Source: Eledone cirrhosa (taxonomy: Eukaryota). From it: a stretch of DNA of 64,000 nt. Made by a program: the position numbers and the translations under genes. Positions 41,832-56,819 of the stretch are shown one piece after another. The stretch is from contig OZ024742.1 of NCBI GenBank assembly GCA_964016885.1, positions 112,654,001 to 112,718,000 of the forward strand, written 5' to 3'. Each line of letters starts with the position of its first letter. The first letter of the stretch is position 1. The notes beneath the pieces are model-generated. The model saw only the letters and a program-made list of their open reading frames with translations. It was not told the DNA's origin and did no database searches.

Positions 41832-44800
41832 GTAGAAATGGGGGAGGGAGCTGTGTGTGTTTGGGGGGGGGGGTATGTGTGTGTGTATGGGTGTTATTAT
41901 GTGTCTGGGAGTATGGTTAGCATGTTAGGATGAAGAGAATATATAGTTTGTGTGTGTGTATACAAAAATGATTCCGTTAGTAGAAATATTTTTGAATGAA
42001 CATATTTTCCTTATTTATTCGTATTTGTTATGTTGTATTGTCACAGCAAACGTGTGTTAAGTTTTATTTAGTTCGGCTTTTTATTTTCTAAAGCAGCAGG
42101 TGGTATGTGTGTGTGTATGTGTCTGTTTGGATGGTTAGCATGTTATGGTGTTGATATAATGTATATTAAACCATATTTAATGCTGGTCTATATTTTTGAA
42201 TAAACATATTTTCTTTATTTATACGTATTTGTTATGTTGTATTGTCAGCTCAAAGGTAAAATGGGAAGACTGGAATTTGGGTGTCTTATTACTTGCGCAT
42301 ATGTCGAGATTAGCACTTAGTGGTAACTGTCTCGAGGTTGGATCTCGTAATTGTTGGCGATGAACTGTCATTCTGTTTCTGAGTGTGAGTTTAGTTTGTC
42401 CTATATAATCTTCATTGCATCCTTTACATTTAATGGCATGAAATAGATTTTTTTATGAGCAAGTGAAGTGATTTTTTACAGCAAAATTTGGTCCTGATTG
42501 AAATTTATACTTGTTGCCTTCAATGAGGTGAGCGCAGGTTCCACAATTAGAACGACCACATTTGTTGATAGTTGGTTGTGGGTTTGTGGTAGGTAATTTG
42601 GCATTGGTGAGTAATGTTTTCAGTGATTTCGGTTGTCTTTTGATTTTGATTATTTTGTGTGTTTCAAGGGCTTTTTTCATTCTTGGGTCTTGTTTTAATA
42701 GTGGGATGTTCCTGTGAATTGTTTTGTAAGCTTCCGCATTTCTTGGGTTGTGTGTTGAGATATACGATAGAATATTGGACGTACCTTGAATTTGTTTCTG
42801 TTTTCGTAATTCATCAATGCCTATTGCTTTATCTCTTTCTATTCCATTATTTATTAGTAATGGTGGGTACTGTCTTTCCAGTAGAATTTCCTCTAATTCT
42901 TGAAGTCTTTTATTTCGCGTTTCATAATTGGAGACAATTGTGCAAATTCTTCTTGTTAGGTTAAAAGGAATGTTCGTCTTCGTGTGCTTTGGATGGTTGG
43001 AGGTGAATAGCATATATTGTTTGAAATCTGTTGGTTTGTAGTGTATGTCAGTTTCAAAATTTATGTCTTTTTTTAAGATTAAGATGTCCAGAAATTGGAG
43101 TTGATCTTGGCTGTATTCCATTGTGAATTGGATGTGGTTATTGATGCCGTTAATTACATTTTTGAAATCATTCAGTTGGGCGAGTGTGTGGGACCAAAGA
43201 ATGAGACAATCATCCAAGTGGCGTTTCCAATTCACTTATAAATATGTGTGGAAGTTCAATCCGTATTTTGAGTTGGATTGTTCATATATCTAGACTTCAA
43301 AGTATTCCATGACTAAGTTGGTATAAGGTGGAGCGGCTTTTGTACCCATGGCAGTCCCTGATATTTGCTTGTAAGTACTGCCATCGAAATCAAAAAAGAT
43401 GTTCTGTAAGATAAAGTTTAATCCTCGGTGATGAAGATTTTTTCTATTCTGCCAGGTATCTCATTTGGGATATTTTCTAGCCAGAATCCTATTGCTTTAA
43501 GTGCGTATTGGTGTGGGATCGTTGTGTAGTGATTTACTACATTGAAAGACACAATAATAGTGTCGTTGCTGACATGTTTGGGGAGGTTGTTTAAGACGTC
43601 CAGATCGTCTCTTACAAGGCTTGGTATGTGTTTGAAAATTGGTTTTCGTAGTATGTCTATAACGTTGCACAGTCTGTGTGTTTCACATTGTGGGCCCGCA
43701 ACAATTGGTCTTAATTTAAGGTATGTGGGGTATTGTGTGTTCACGCAGTCTGAGGTGGATTGTTTACAGGCATCGTTAATTAGTTTACACTTGTGGATCT
43801 TCGGAAGTCCGTAAAGGTTGCTGGTTTTGTATTCAAAATGTGTTAGATAATCGCGTTCCTTTTTAGTTAGGGCTTGCTGTTATCGACAAATCAGTGTGGT
43901 TAATCTGGTTATTGTTTTTGATTGCCGGTAGCTTTTTACTCTTTCATAGTAATTAGTATTTTGTAAGAGAGAGAACATAGCATTTTTATATTTTGCAGCA
44001 TCCATATTGACAACAGTACTTCCATTGTCCGCTCCCTTAATTATAATGTCCGTATTGTTTTTTAGTTCATGGATAATCTCCCATTCCCTTCAACTCGTGT
44101 TGGGTTTGGGTTTAGGTTGCGGTAGTTCATGGTATGGGAAAGTAGCTATGAGGTCACAACATTTGTCCAGAACTCTGTTTCTACCTTTTGTTAGGTTGTA
44201 GCTGCTTTTATTCCGTACAATTAATTGGTCGTTATTCTCCTTGTCAACAAATTCCTCTGCGAGATGTAATTTTCTACAGAAGTGTGATATACCGTCATTT
44301 ATCTCATTGAGGTTAGAGTTTTGTGGAGTTGGTGTGAATTTCAGTCCTTTAAAGATAAACTTAACTTGTTGGGCTGAGAGGTTTGTATTTGAAAGGTTGA
44401 TTATTTTCGGTTTTTCAAAATCGATTTGTGCCAACGGGTGTCGCAGGTCCTGTAAGCTTGGTCTAAAAAATGATTTGTCTGGAATGTTTTTCCAATGGTA
44501 TTATTATATCTAATGACATTTCGTCTGTTGTTGTGTGGTCTTGTATAGAAGTTTCGGACGTATTGAGGTTCGGTTTGTTGATAGTCCGGGTTGTAGATTT
44601 TGTTCCTTTGTGTGGGTTGGGATCTACGATTTTGGAATAGGTTTTGTGTGGGTTGTGATCTGCGGATCGGGTCCTGTCTTGTGTTGGGGGATCTTTGGTT
44701 TCTGTTAGTAGGGTTATAGTTTTGTCTATGGGTTCTGGGATTATCGTCATAGTTTTGCTGGGGGTATGTTGGACGTTTTGTTACTTCTTTTGTTATCTGT

Positions 44801-45600
44801 TGTGATTGTGGTGTGTGAGTTTTAGTTTGTTTAAAAAATGGGTTACCTGTATGTTGTTCATTTTTGAAATCCATTTCGTAGTTGTTGAACCAGGTGGCGT
44901 TATTTCCCCCGCTGGAGGGATGTTAATTCTTCATCATTACAATTTTCTTTCCAAAGTTTTAAGGTTTTTTCATAGAGGAGACCTTCATAGTGCCTTGAGA
45001 TTTTTTGTTTCCATTTGTTGCTCGAGTAACTTGAATTTTTCTTCGTTAGAGTTGACTCATAATCGCAACAGTTCTATTTCTATTTTAATTTTGTCTAACG
45101 CCATCGTTTCCCTAATTCTTTGTTGGTTTTCTGGTTCATTCGGGATGGGTTTAATTTGGAGTGTTTTGGGGATGATGATTGGGGTAGAGTTTAGCCCCTT
45201 TACATATATGTCTGTCTTGCCATTATTTTTAGGAGAATCCAAAAGGCGAATTTGCGGGCTGTGAGCTTTTGAGTCCATATATTGATTAGAGTGTTTGTCA
45301 CTGAGTGGACATCTCGTAGATTGGGTTCTAATGGTTGTTCCAGCTTTTGGAGCATTGCTGTTTCAATGGTTTCGATTAGTTTAGTTAATGCTGGAGTAAT
45401 ATTCGTCTCTTGGGTATTCACTATTTCTTCGTGGGGTCCTTTTTTAAGATATGTATTTGGTCCACTTTGTTTAATAAATCTAATTTCATTGGTTATAAAT
45501 GAAATTATTGCTGTCACGTGAACAAGTTCATTAGATTTTGCGCCCGTATTTGGGAATATATTTTGTAGCCTTTTAGAGAATTTTATGACAAACAAAAGAT
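41830..45600 (-). pseudogene. Decayed near-full-length PLE (Neptune-like Cys linker)
   Basis: IINLS...KGLKFTPTP, LRPIVAG, GTAMGT, LDD, FLD, KCGRSNCGTC and CKGCNEDYIGQT...RMTVHRQ. Multiple stops. Confidence 0.88.
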
Positions 45601-45744
45601 AATGGTCAAGAGAAATGGGATGGGGAGAATTGTTCTGGTTCAGTGAATATGGCAGGTCGCTTTTTCATATATGAGTGAGAGGACAGCCTGCCCCTTGTTT
45701 GCAGCTAGGGATTTAAGAAAAGTTACGGGGGCTACTTAGAATTA

Positions 45745-46090
45745 TATTCCATATCGCTTGAGAAATTGTAGATAAGCACCGAAAACGTCTGCTCTACTGT
45801 TAATCAGTTGTGGTCCACATTCAAATATTTCAATGGTTTCACTTAGACATAGTTTACATGGAGTGAAACAACGAAGATGTGGAGGCACTTCGTGGACACC
45901 GACCCAATTCAGTGAAAACTGCATTCCATTTAACTTGAACTACCATGTTAGCTCAGAGACTATCTTGCTGTTACACTTTTCCGCCTATTTAAATGTAGTG
46001 ATTCGATCAGCGGTCCTTAAATGTGGGCAATATCACCCAGGCATATGTGTATGTCATTCTATTAGTGGTATAACTGCACTCGTATACCAT
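45745..46090 (-). pseudogene. Old PLE GIY-YIG fragment
   Basis: MVYEC...TFKDR.SNH and CKLCLSET...LINSRADVF. Confidence 0.55.
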
Positions 46091-48129
46091 ATTTTACGGA
46101 GACATTCATTATCCAGTAGTTATGCAAATATACTATCTGTTCAATACACTACCATCCGTAAGTAAGTGTGTATCTATAGTTACAGGGCGTTACGGTCATA
46201 ATTACTCCAGCGTTTTATAATGGTTTGTTTCGCGTTGGGTTGTATATCAGATTTAAGGCGGTTGTGTGTTCAGAGTGTAAATAAAATTAAAGTGGATCGA
46301 AATCAATGTTACACCATGTATATAAACTTTATATGCATAAACACTATCCACTAACGAAGAAATATTCAATCAGCATGCCCTGTATCATAGTACTACTCTC
46401 ACTGGGGCCGGTTACTTGGGGATTATATATTACCTGGTGGATGCCGATATAACAGCGCGTAGTGGGACGCCCTTCGACGACTAACACAACAGAATCTAAA
46501 GCAATGGGTAAAAACGGAATCGGGCACAAAACCGCGCAACAATTATCGGTCATGGGGTGCGGATGACCCCGTGGCGCGCCTAGGATAGATGCGACCCACC
46601 ACAACCGTAGTGGGATGGATAGTACATTCAGCCATACACCATACTCCTTAGTTGACTTCAATACGAATAGCCAGGCTTAACCGGACAGGACAGACAGCAT
46701 AAGCAACACCACAGCAATCGCGTTGGGGATCTTGTTTGTGACTAACACTAAGCGCGTTCAGGACGAAAAAAAACTGTTCCTCTTGATCAAATAAACGTCA
46801 CGACTCAGCTGATGTTTGGAGCTCGCCCAATGCCTATCACCGATCGGAGGCGACCAACAAAAGGCCCAATCACAACACTGGCCGGTGCTATTGCTACTGA
46901 TTGTACTGATCCCAACAGCACTAAATAAACGGTGATGGCGGGGTCAAGATAAGGAGCAGTAGAGGTTAAAGAGCTGCCGGATGTGGTGATGCTGACCTGG
47001 GTGGACACAGAGGTAGTGTTGTTATTGTCAGGGATAATGGAGACAATAATCATTATAGTAGTGGCAGAAACCTTCCAACTTGCGATAACACAGGCAGACT
47101 GGGTCCATATTAAGGCCCGTGATCTGCTTCCACGTACCCTACTTCAGACACGTAGAGATAAACATCATGAACTGCTTCTTTAAGGTCTTAGGGGATTATT
47201 TCCCTCTCTCACACGTTTGTTATATTAACGTATATGCATAGATACAAACAAAACCAGAAATTCAGTTTGGACATTTCAGGTTATTGAATAGATCAAATTA
47301 CTTTATATGAATTGCCCTGGCATTTGGTCTCATGCCTGTGTGGTTGTACCTATTCGCCTAAATCTCTCCAACGTATTGTATCGAAAACAAACATGTACAC
47401 ATAACTACAAGTAGCAACGAGTTTTTGTTTATTGAGTGAGAAGTAAATGTATTTTTCCTATAAGTGATAATTTCCTTAAGGTATATTAATTTACGATAAA
47501 TTTCATATTATTTATCCAGAATTTTATCATCACATTAAGCGGAAATCTTATGAAAGTTCAGCCTAATATATATTGATTAGACATCTACTACAACCGATAT
47601 TTCTATGTAAGAATTTATATTTAAAAAACTAGTCTAAATTTCAATATATACATATTTTAACGCGCTAAACATCCAGAAATATTTGTCACGCCGGATGTAT
47701 TGTTTAAGCATGACCAACATTATATCGTACATATATGGTTTATTGTTGTATCAAATTATATTCCAACTAGAATGCTCTGAGGGAAACCCGTAAAAGAAGA
47801 GAATTCATGCTGGCAACGTTAATAAAATTGACCGTGTTTACAATATATTCAATTATAGTAAAACATAGGTATGGGAAATCTGCGCCTTAAGCTGCCATTT
47901 AGAATATACAAGGATAAACAACATGACACAATTCATTAAATCAGGAAACTCGTAATATACGCAATTACTAAGGATTCCCTTACAATATTAAATATGCTTT
48001 TTAAATTATTCATCAATCTCATGTCATCTGGTTAAGTTTAATTATGTATGAGGACATGTGGATAGGAAATTGTAGAATAGCTGGTGGCTTATTCTCGACG
48101 TTCCCATCCATATAGAATAAATTGGAATG

Positions 48130-49010
48130 TTTAATCTATATTAAACACTCCTCAAACACTCCTTCCTGCAGGTTCTGTCAGAAGCAACGCGATCCAAATG
48201 ATCGGCGTGGATCTCCATTCGAGACCAGCCAACATCGTGGATGTTATCCTACCATTTGTTCGGGGTCTAATCCTGGGTCTCCAGCCTGTTGGTCACATCT
48301 GTATAATCTGTCAACGAGTTTTTCTAAGCCATTTTAACAGAAAGTATTCGAGTTGTGATCTCTCAATTCGGAGAAGTTATGACTCTACCTGGAGTGACTT
48401 TCTGATCTCCATGCTACGTACTCTATCGAGTAACGTTACTCAAACACTCCTTCAAGGGGTTCCTATCAGAAATAACCGTATACAACTGACTCAAGCCAGA
48501 TATGCCAAGCTGGGTCCCCTGCCGGTTACTTTTGCTCGTAAAATCTGCGCAGTGATGCATTTCTGTGACATTATCACATGCTCATAGTATCGGAGCTGTG
48601 ATGCGTCAATTCCTAGACGTAGCTGTTTTAATTGGTGTGACTCTGAACTCCATGATACGCCCGCTATCGAAATACGTTACGCCAAAGACCCATTTTGGCC
48701 GCTTGTATCCGCGATCACATTCTGTCGGACATTACCCAAGTTTCATGACCATAGCTAAATATTGGAACGAACAACATATTGAAGAGTTTGGCTGTTACAC
48801 CTACATCCCTTCTTCTGATTATCGGGTGCTTCTTCTGATTAGCGAATGCTGATGTCGCATTATTGCAACAGCTTCGGCAATTCTGGCATTTAATTCAGTC
48901 TCCTAACTTGAACAAGGCTCCGAAAGAATTAAACTTATCCACCTGCGCATGCTTCCTTCATAGAAAGTTTGTCTCAGTTTTTGTAGCACTGATTTTCACT
49001 CTAGCCTTGC
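48130..49010 (-). mobile_element. Decayed RTE-like LINE 3' fragment
   Basis: Minus strand resembles RPRGRPRTKWLDNI...DR..W. Homologous to 58745-59410. Confidence 0.65.
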
Positions 49011-49594
49011 AGCACTCGAAATGAAACATTTCAATTGCTAGTTGGAGATCACTTAATCTACAATTAGAATAATGTGGTTGAGTTAATTGATTGTACATTT
49101 GAATGCTGATGCAGAACTGCCTAACTACGAATCATTGGCAGCAGCTAATTTATTCTGCTGCCACATAAATTACTCCAAATATTAATGGTTCTATATATAA
49201 GCATCTAAGCCAAATCATTATTCGAGAGGTATGTCAATTTTATATAGCTGATAACTCTATTTGTATGCTATTGATAACGCTATTTTATGGATCACAAAAG
49301 CATAAAACACGAAGTTGATCAGGGTAGGATTCATCTACTTTTATATAGAGTTAAACACGCACGGTCAGATCCCTTAAGTTCTAAACATTTTGCTAAATTT
49401 TTTCTCTACAAACATTTCAAATTTGTCATGTATAGGTGTTTTCAACCGCCTATATTAGGCGTTTAGACTTTTTAATACTTTGGATTAATATCTTTATATT
49501 TAAGTTTTTCATACTTTTTCCTTTGCATCACAATACCACGCACACACACACACACATTCACACACACATACACATACATAAGTATATATCACCT

Positions 49595-49925
49595 TCATCA
49601 CCTTGACAGAACAGTTCGTCGGGCACCATTCGGCGCCGCTGGGATCGACACGTGCTGTTTTAGCCATACGAAAACGCCATCCCACTGGCTGGGCAGGCCG
49701 TAAGTCTAAAGTCTGTCTTAAGCCAGAAGGCTCATTTGGCCGGTTCTTATCCCTGTTCCATGGCGTGAAGAGACCGAGAGTACAATACTCCCCCCTGGAC
49801 AGGACGCCAGTCCATCGCAGGGTTAAACTGGAGCAACAACACACCACCCGGTCCGAGAATTGAACACACAAACTTTCGATTGCAAGCCTACTGCTCTGAC
49901 CACTAAACCATGCGCCTTCACATAA
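49595..49925 (-). mobile_element. tRNA-derived SINE (V-domain-like body)
   Basis: A-box TGGTTTAGTGG, B-box-like GTTCAATTC, and gcgatggactggcgtcctgtccagggg. Confidence 0.8.
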
Positions 49926-50270
<345 letters not shown>

Positions 50271-50276
<6 letters not shown>

Positions 50277-50379
50277 CTTATGTGAAGGCGCATGGTTTAG
50301 TGGTCAGAGCAGTAGGCTTGCAATCGAAAGGTTGTGTGTTCAATTCTCGGACCGGGTGGTGTGTTGTTGCTCCAGTTTA
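50271..50379 (+). repeat. Inverted duplication of the SINE head 49824-49930
   Basis: Near-identical reverse complement across the (TA)n tract, including the flank tatacttatgtgaa. Confidence 0.9.
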
Positions 50380-50385
50380 CTCACC

Positions 50386-52694
50386 AGAAAGAAGAGTACT
50401 GCGTGGTTGCACATGGGTTACATATGATAGAAATAGTCCTTCGTCAGTGATTTTCCAACCATCATTGGTATTTCATCGCATTAAAAAATCATATACCTCA
50501 GGTTGGTGCGAGCAATAATTAAAAAAAGTTATAGTGACCAGTAAATCGCGTAAAGCTAGTGGACAAGTAAACAACATAGAAGGTTAAAAGCAAACCAAAT
50601 ATAGGAATAAACAAGCAACATGATTGTCCGGTCAGCATTAGCTGGGTGGATTTCATGAGCGAAAGGTACAGACCGTCCGACGTGAGTGAGATGTAAGCAA
50701 GAAGAGACCCACTGTAAGCCAAACGGGAGGAAATGAGAGGGGAGAAACAGAGAGTGAGTGAGTGGAAGTGCAAGGAAGCGGTCAGTCGAGAGAAAGTGTA
50801 ACTGACAGAGGGGGGCGAAAGAAGGAGAAAGAAACGGAGAGAACGGGGCAGCAGTAAGAGAGAAACAGACAAACGCAGCCGAGGTAGATATATATAAAAT
50901 ACAATGCAAGAAAGAAGACAACTGCGTGGTTGCACATGGGTTACATATGATAAACATAGTCCTTCGTCGGTGATTTTCCAACCATCATTGGTATTTCATC
51001 ACATTAAAAATCATATACCTCAGGTTGGTACGAGCAATAACTAAAACATGTTATTGGGACCAGTAAATCGCGCAAAGCGAGGGGCCCAAGTAAACAACAT
51101 AGAAGGATAAAATCAAACCAAATATAGGAAAAAAACAAGCAACATGGTTGTCCGGTCAGCATGAGCTGGGTGGATTTCATGAGCGAAAGGTACGGACCGT
51201 CCGACGTGAGTGAGATGTAAGCAAGAAGAGACCCACTGTAAGCCAAACGGGAGGAAGGCTAGAGTGAAAATCAGTGCTACAAAAACTGAGACAAACTTTC
51301 TATGAAGGAAGCATGCGCAGGTGGATAAGTTTAATTCTTTCGGAGCCTTGTTCAAGTTAGGAGACTGAATTAAATGCCAGAATTGCCGAAGCTGTTGCAA
51401 TAATGCGACATCAGCATTCGCTAATCAGAAGAAGCACCCGATAATCAGAAGAAGGGATGTAGGTGTAACAGCCAAACTCTTCAATATGTTGTTCGTTCCA
51501 ATATTTAGCTATGGTCATGAAACTTGGGTAATGTCCGACAGAATGTGATCGCGGATACAAGCGGCCAAAATGGGTCTTTGGCGTAACGTATTTCGATAGC
51601 GGGCGTATCATGGAGTTCAGAGTCACACCAATTAAAACAGCTACGTCTAGGAATTGACGCATCACAGCTCCGATACTATGAGCATGTGATAATGTCACAG
51701 AAATGCATCACTGCGCAGATTTTACGAGCAAAAGTAACCGGCAGGGGACCCAGCTTGGCATGTCTGGCTTGAGTCAGTTGTATACGGTTATTTCTGATAG
51801 GAACCCCTTGAAGGAGTGTTTGAGTAACGTTACTCGATAGAGTACGTAGCATGGAGATCAGAAAGTCACTCCAGGTAGAGTCATAACTTCTCCGAATTGA
51901 GAGATCACAACTCGAATACTTTCTGTTAAAATGGCTTAGAAAAACTCGTTGACAGATTATACAGATATGACCAACAGGCTGGAGACCCAGAGAGTGAGTG
52001 AGTGGAAGTGCGAGGAAGCGGTCAGTCGAGAGAAAGTGTAACTGACAGAGGGGGCGAAAGAAGGAGAAAGAAACGGAGAGAATGGGGTGGCAGTAAGAGA
52101 GAAACAGACAAACGCAGCCGTGGTAGATATATATAAAAAAACAACAGAAGAAAGAAGACAACTGCGTGGCTGCACATGGGTTACATATGATAAAAATAGT
52201 CCTTCGTCGGTGATTTTCCAACCATCATTGGTATTTCATCGTATTAAAAATCATATACCTCAGGTTAGTACGAGCAATAACTAAAACATGTTATTGGGAC
52301 CAGTAAATTGCGTAAAGCGTGAGGCACAAGTAAACAACATAGAAGGATAAAAGCAAACCAAAGATAGGAAAAAAACAAGCAACATGGTTGTCCGGTCAGC
52401 ATAAGCTTGGTGGATTTCATGAGCGAAAGATACAGACAGTCCGACGTGAGTGACATGTAAGCAAGAAGAGACCCACTGTAAGAAAAACGGGATGAAGTGA
52501 GAAGGGGAGAAACAGAGAGTGAGTGAGTGGAAGTGCGAGGAAGCGGTCAGTCGAGAGAAAGTGTTACTGACATAGGGGGCGAAAGAAGGAGAGAGAAACA
52601 GAAAGAACGGGGAAGCAGTAAGAGAGAAACAGACAAACGCAGCCAAGGTAAATATATATAAAAAACATGAGCAGAAAGAAGAATACTGCGTGGT

Positions 52695-52698
<4 letters not shown>
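50386..52698. mobile_element. Three tandem ~524-bp non-coding units plus a ~25-bp partial unit
   Basis: Unit starts at 50386, 50909, 52149 and 52673. Unit 2 is interrupted by 51255-51990; the array ends in (TA)n. Confidence 0.88.
51255..51990 (+). repeat. Inverted duplication of host segment 48273-49008
   Basis: Almost identical; gives identical 95-aa spurious ORFs at 48565-48852 (+) and 51411-51698 (-). Confidence 0.95.
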
Positions 52699-52740
<42 letters not shown>

Positions 52741-52744
<4 letters not shown>

Positions 52745-54456
52745 GGAGGAGGTTATAGTTCACTTGAAGCATTGTGTAATGAGGTATAAACGTTTGAATA
52801 TGTATAATACAGCCAAAACAATGCAGGTATGGACATAGAAAATAGAATGCAATTGCAAAATATATTGTTGGAAATTCGTCTTTTATCTTAGATTTGTTTA
52901 AATATCTTTAATTTTCGATATAATATCTCTTCTTCAGAGGGAAATAAAGGTCTCAAACCAGCGTTCTAAATATCTTGCCAAGCCATGCTGACAGGAAATA
53001 GTTTTTGAGTATCTGTTCTATCTCTAACGTCAAAGAGTTAAAATTAGGTGGATAAAGAGTAGTCTCCCTTTAAAACGTTTTCTTTTGTTTTTTTTTTATA
53101 TACATGCCTGTTAAAGTGTGTGGGAGAATGCATGAAGGTGTAAGTATGTGAGTGTGTGTGAGTGTGAGAAGATAAGTCTATTCGTAAATGTGGGGGATAG
53201 AACTGGTTTTGTGTGTGTATGTGTGAGAGAGAATAAGTGGAGGTGTAAGCGTGTGTGTGTGGGGTGTGTGAAAATATGGGGCTAGAAGCCCTATCAGGTT
53301 ATAAATTGGGTGTTGAGTTCTAGTCTATTATTGATTGGTGGTTGTGTTTTATCTATAATTAGTGCTTCCTTAATTCTAAGATTGCCGAGGATACACGACA
53401 TCCACCACAAACCGTGCCAGAAAGAACAGAGGACACCACGCCCGAGGCACTAACACTTGCTTCCTGAAGCTCCCACACTTCAGTGAATAAACAACAACAG
53501 CCATCCGCAGAGCCATCAGACGAGAGGGACTAGATATCCAACTGGCCCACTCAGGTCCTTCTCTACGCGGACAGCTAGCCAAAAGACACTCCACCAGACA
53601 TGACAACTGCTGCAGACTAGGCAACTGCCCCATCAACGACACAGACCTATGCCACCAGGCTTACGTCGTATACAGACTAAAGTGTGACAAATGCAAAAAC
53701 TTCTGCGTAGGTAGCACCACCAGACCACTCCACATAAGAATAAAAGAACACCTCAATACTGACGCTTCCTCATTTAAGAAACACCTAGATAAATGCAAAA
53801 ACACCGACAAAACCATAACAGTTAGGATAGAAACTAAGGAAAGAAACCTCGGCAATCTTAGAATTAAGGAAGCACTAATTATAGATAAAACACAACCACC
53901 AATCAATAATAGACTAGTACTCAACAGCCAATTTATAACCTGATAGGGCTTCTAGCCCCATATTTACCCCCCCCCCCCCCCATACACACACAGACGCTTA
54001 CACCTCCACTCATTCTCTCTCACACATACACACACACAACCAGTTCCAACTCCACATAACACCTATCCCCCACATTTACGAATAGACTTATCTTCTCACA
54101 CTCACACACACACACACTCACATACTTACTCCTTCATGCATTCTCCCACACACTTAAACAGGCATGTATATTAAAAATAAACACCTAAACAAACCCCTTT
54201 TCAAGGGAGACTACTCTTTATCCACCTAATTTTAACTCTTTGACATTAGAGATATAACAGATACTCTATACTATTTCCTGTCAGCATGGCTTGGCAAGAT
54301 ATTTAGAACGCTGGTTTGAGACATTTATTTCCCTCTGAAGAAGAGAAATCTAAGGTAAAAAATGAATTGTCAACAATATCTTTTGCAATTGCATTCTTTT
54401 TTCTATGTCCATATCTGCATTATTTTGGCTTTATTATACATATTCAAACGTTTATA

Positions 54457-54459
<3 letters not shown>
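52741..54459. mobile_element. Fold-back PLE remnant related to the 15424-20137 element
   Basis: Plus strand 53391-53940 encodes AIRRAIRREGLDIQLAHSGPSLR...VVYRLKCDKC...VGST. Arms ~52780-53390 and 53848-54459. The left end encodes MLQVNYNLLL (cf. [10 protein letters not shown]). Confidence 0.9.
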
Positions 54460-54522
<63 letters not shown>

Positions 54523-54546
54523 GGTTATATATGCAAACTCACACAT

Positions 54547-54598
<52 letters not shown>

Positions 54599-56657
54599 CT
54601 ATATATATATGTGTGTAATTCTTGCTTGGATTTTAGTGATCATTGACACAAAGATATTATGATGCATTAGTCAAATTCAATCTCAATACACACTCACATT
54701 AAATATATATCGTAAACAAATGCCCCCAAGGAAATATGTAAAATAAAACAAGATATAATTCTATAGAAATACCTCCATATTTTGCTTTCGTTGTTTAATA
54801 GAAACTATAGGCTATTTCAAGTTAATCGCAAATAGATATTTTCTCTGCTTTCATGATTATATACTTGTGATTCTATTGAATATCAAAGTGATTTGTGCTT
54901 TGGGAACTATAATGGGTTAGTTTCTTTTTATTCTGTTTCACCAGTACTGTATACAGACACTTTGATACAAACGTTAGAACATAACGATAATATTTTCTAG
55001 TGAATAATACTTGCATTTCTCTCAAGCATCTCAACTATTTTCCTCGGTAATGCAGTATATAAATGCATAGTGTTCAAACTTGTTCCTGGTTAGCAATGAC
55101 GTACATCAAAATACTACCTATCTCTTTGCCTATACATGTAGGATGCAGTGAGAGAATTACTGTATAGGAAGTCGATATACTAGAAATCTGTCATCATTCC
55201 ATTACATCACAGATTCTCGTATGAGAAAATACATCTTGGATGATCTATGGTGGTGATGGCACACCTTAGAAGATATATAAGGACATACCATGATATGTCT
55301 CAACACATAGTTGCTAGAATAGCACTGTACAACTACGAATTCTTTAAATAAATGCTGAAATATTTAAATTAACACAAAAATTATATTTATATATTATTTA
55401 TTTAGGCATTTCTATGTAGAAGTATTTAAAATTCCTTAGTATAATTATGTATGCTTGTATGCAAGCAGTATATGTATATACAATACACATATTTTACTAC
55501 AATTTAGAATCGCATATTATCCAAATTTTATCTATTTTTAAACTATTCAGTTTTTCTTGACATTTATTTTTAATTTCTTTTTATCCTAATCACTCATCTT
55601 CTTTAATTAACCATTTGCTCATTTGCTTCGAAGGAACCGACCACCCCTCCATTATCTATCCGTATGAACACTACATCCTTCTTCCCCTTTTTCCACTCTT
55701 AGCAACCACCCACACTTGCATCCGCCATATTACTTCCTTCTGTCCTCTAGCCTGTCATGATACACTTGCCATTCTCTGGCCACTTACATTATCCATCAGT
55801 GACTTACTAAACTAGTTACTTATGTTTACACACCTTGCAAAAATTACTACACCCATGAGAACGCTTGCTGCACACATAAACCAAAACTGCCCGGAGCCTC
55901 GGTCAGTATTTACACCCTCTCTCTCTATGAAACTTTTTACGCACGTGGTTGGTCAAAATATCCCGAATTCGTATTCTAACCATGCGCTAATTCTACATGG
56001 CTGTCTGATCCCCTGTTGGAATTTAATATCCGGAAAGGCTTTAGACATTACCATTGTTGTTGTCGCACCGTTTCCGTAATGATAATTGGAGACTGGAGCA
56101 GAGATTGGAGACGGAGATTGGAGACGGATTGTACAGAGATTGGAGACGGATATTCTCTAATAACCGATTTTTTCACTGACTTGTTAATCTCTGATTGACT
56201 TGAGATATATTTGTGAGTGCTTATGGGGCTGGGTAGAATTTGGATTTCAACTCTTACGATCGTGTAAATTTCTGAACTACTAGCCAATCAGTTGACGGCA
56301 TTTTGATGACGCGAAGGGATTTCTGTTACAAATGTACTATTGTGTCACATGTTGCATTCACGGCCATAGCTGACACGGACTGGAATCGAATTATGTCAAT
56401 CGAGTGTGCATTGTTGCATAACAAATGCAGGCAGTAGATTCTGTACGCTCTCTAACTGCATAAAGTGAGGTCGAAATTCGAGTACGGCTATAGATTTATG
56501 GTACACATTTACGTGTGTTGTATTGAAGCAATACATCTGTATCTACACTGGGATTTTTATATAAACTTACCTATAGAGTACGCTGAGAGCAACCGATGCT
56601 AACAGTGAAACATATGCTACCACGTCAACTTCTCATTACACACACACTCTCACACAC

Positions 56658-56792
<135 letters not shown>

Positions 56793-56819
56793 AGGCGGGT
56801 AAAATTTCCGAGACCCATG

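Noticed and set aside
48565-48852. Identical 95-aa ORFs (also 51411-51698)
   Set aside because: Antisense frame of a decayed RTE-like LINE copied by inversion.
50281-50360. tRNA-like sequence
   Set aside because: It is a duplicated SINE head, not a tRNA gene.
52903-52942. CTGAAGA...GAAA in the fold-back PLE arm
   Set aside because: The position fits a pLTR hammerhead, but stem I barely pairs and the partner arm is deleted. Not listed as a separate ribozyme.
56088-56152. Short GAGATTGGAGACG repeats (CRISPR-like check)
   Set aside because: Irregular minisatellite without unique spacers, in a eukaryotic context.
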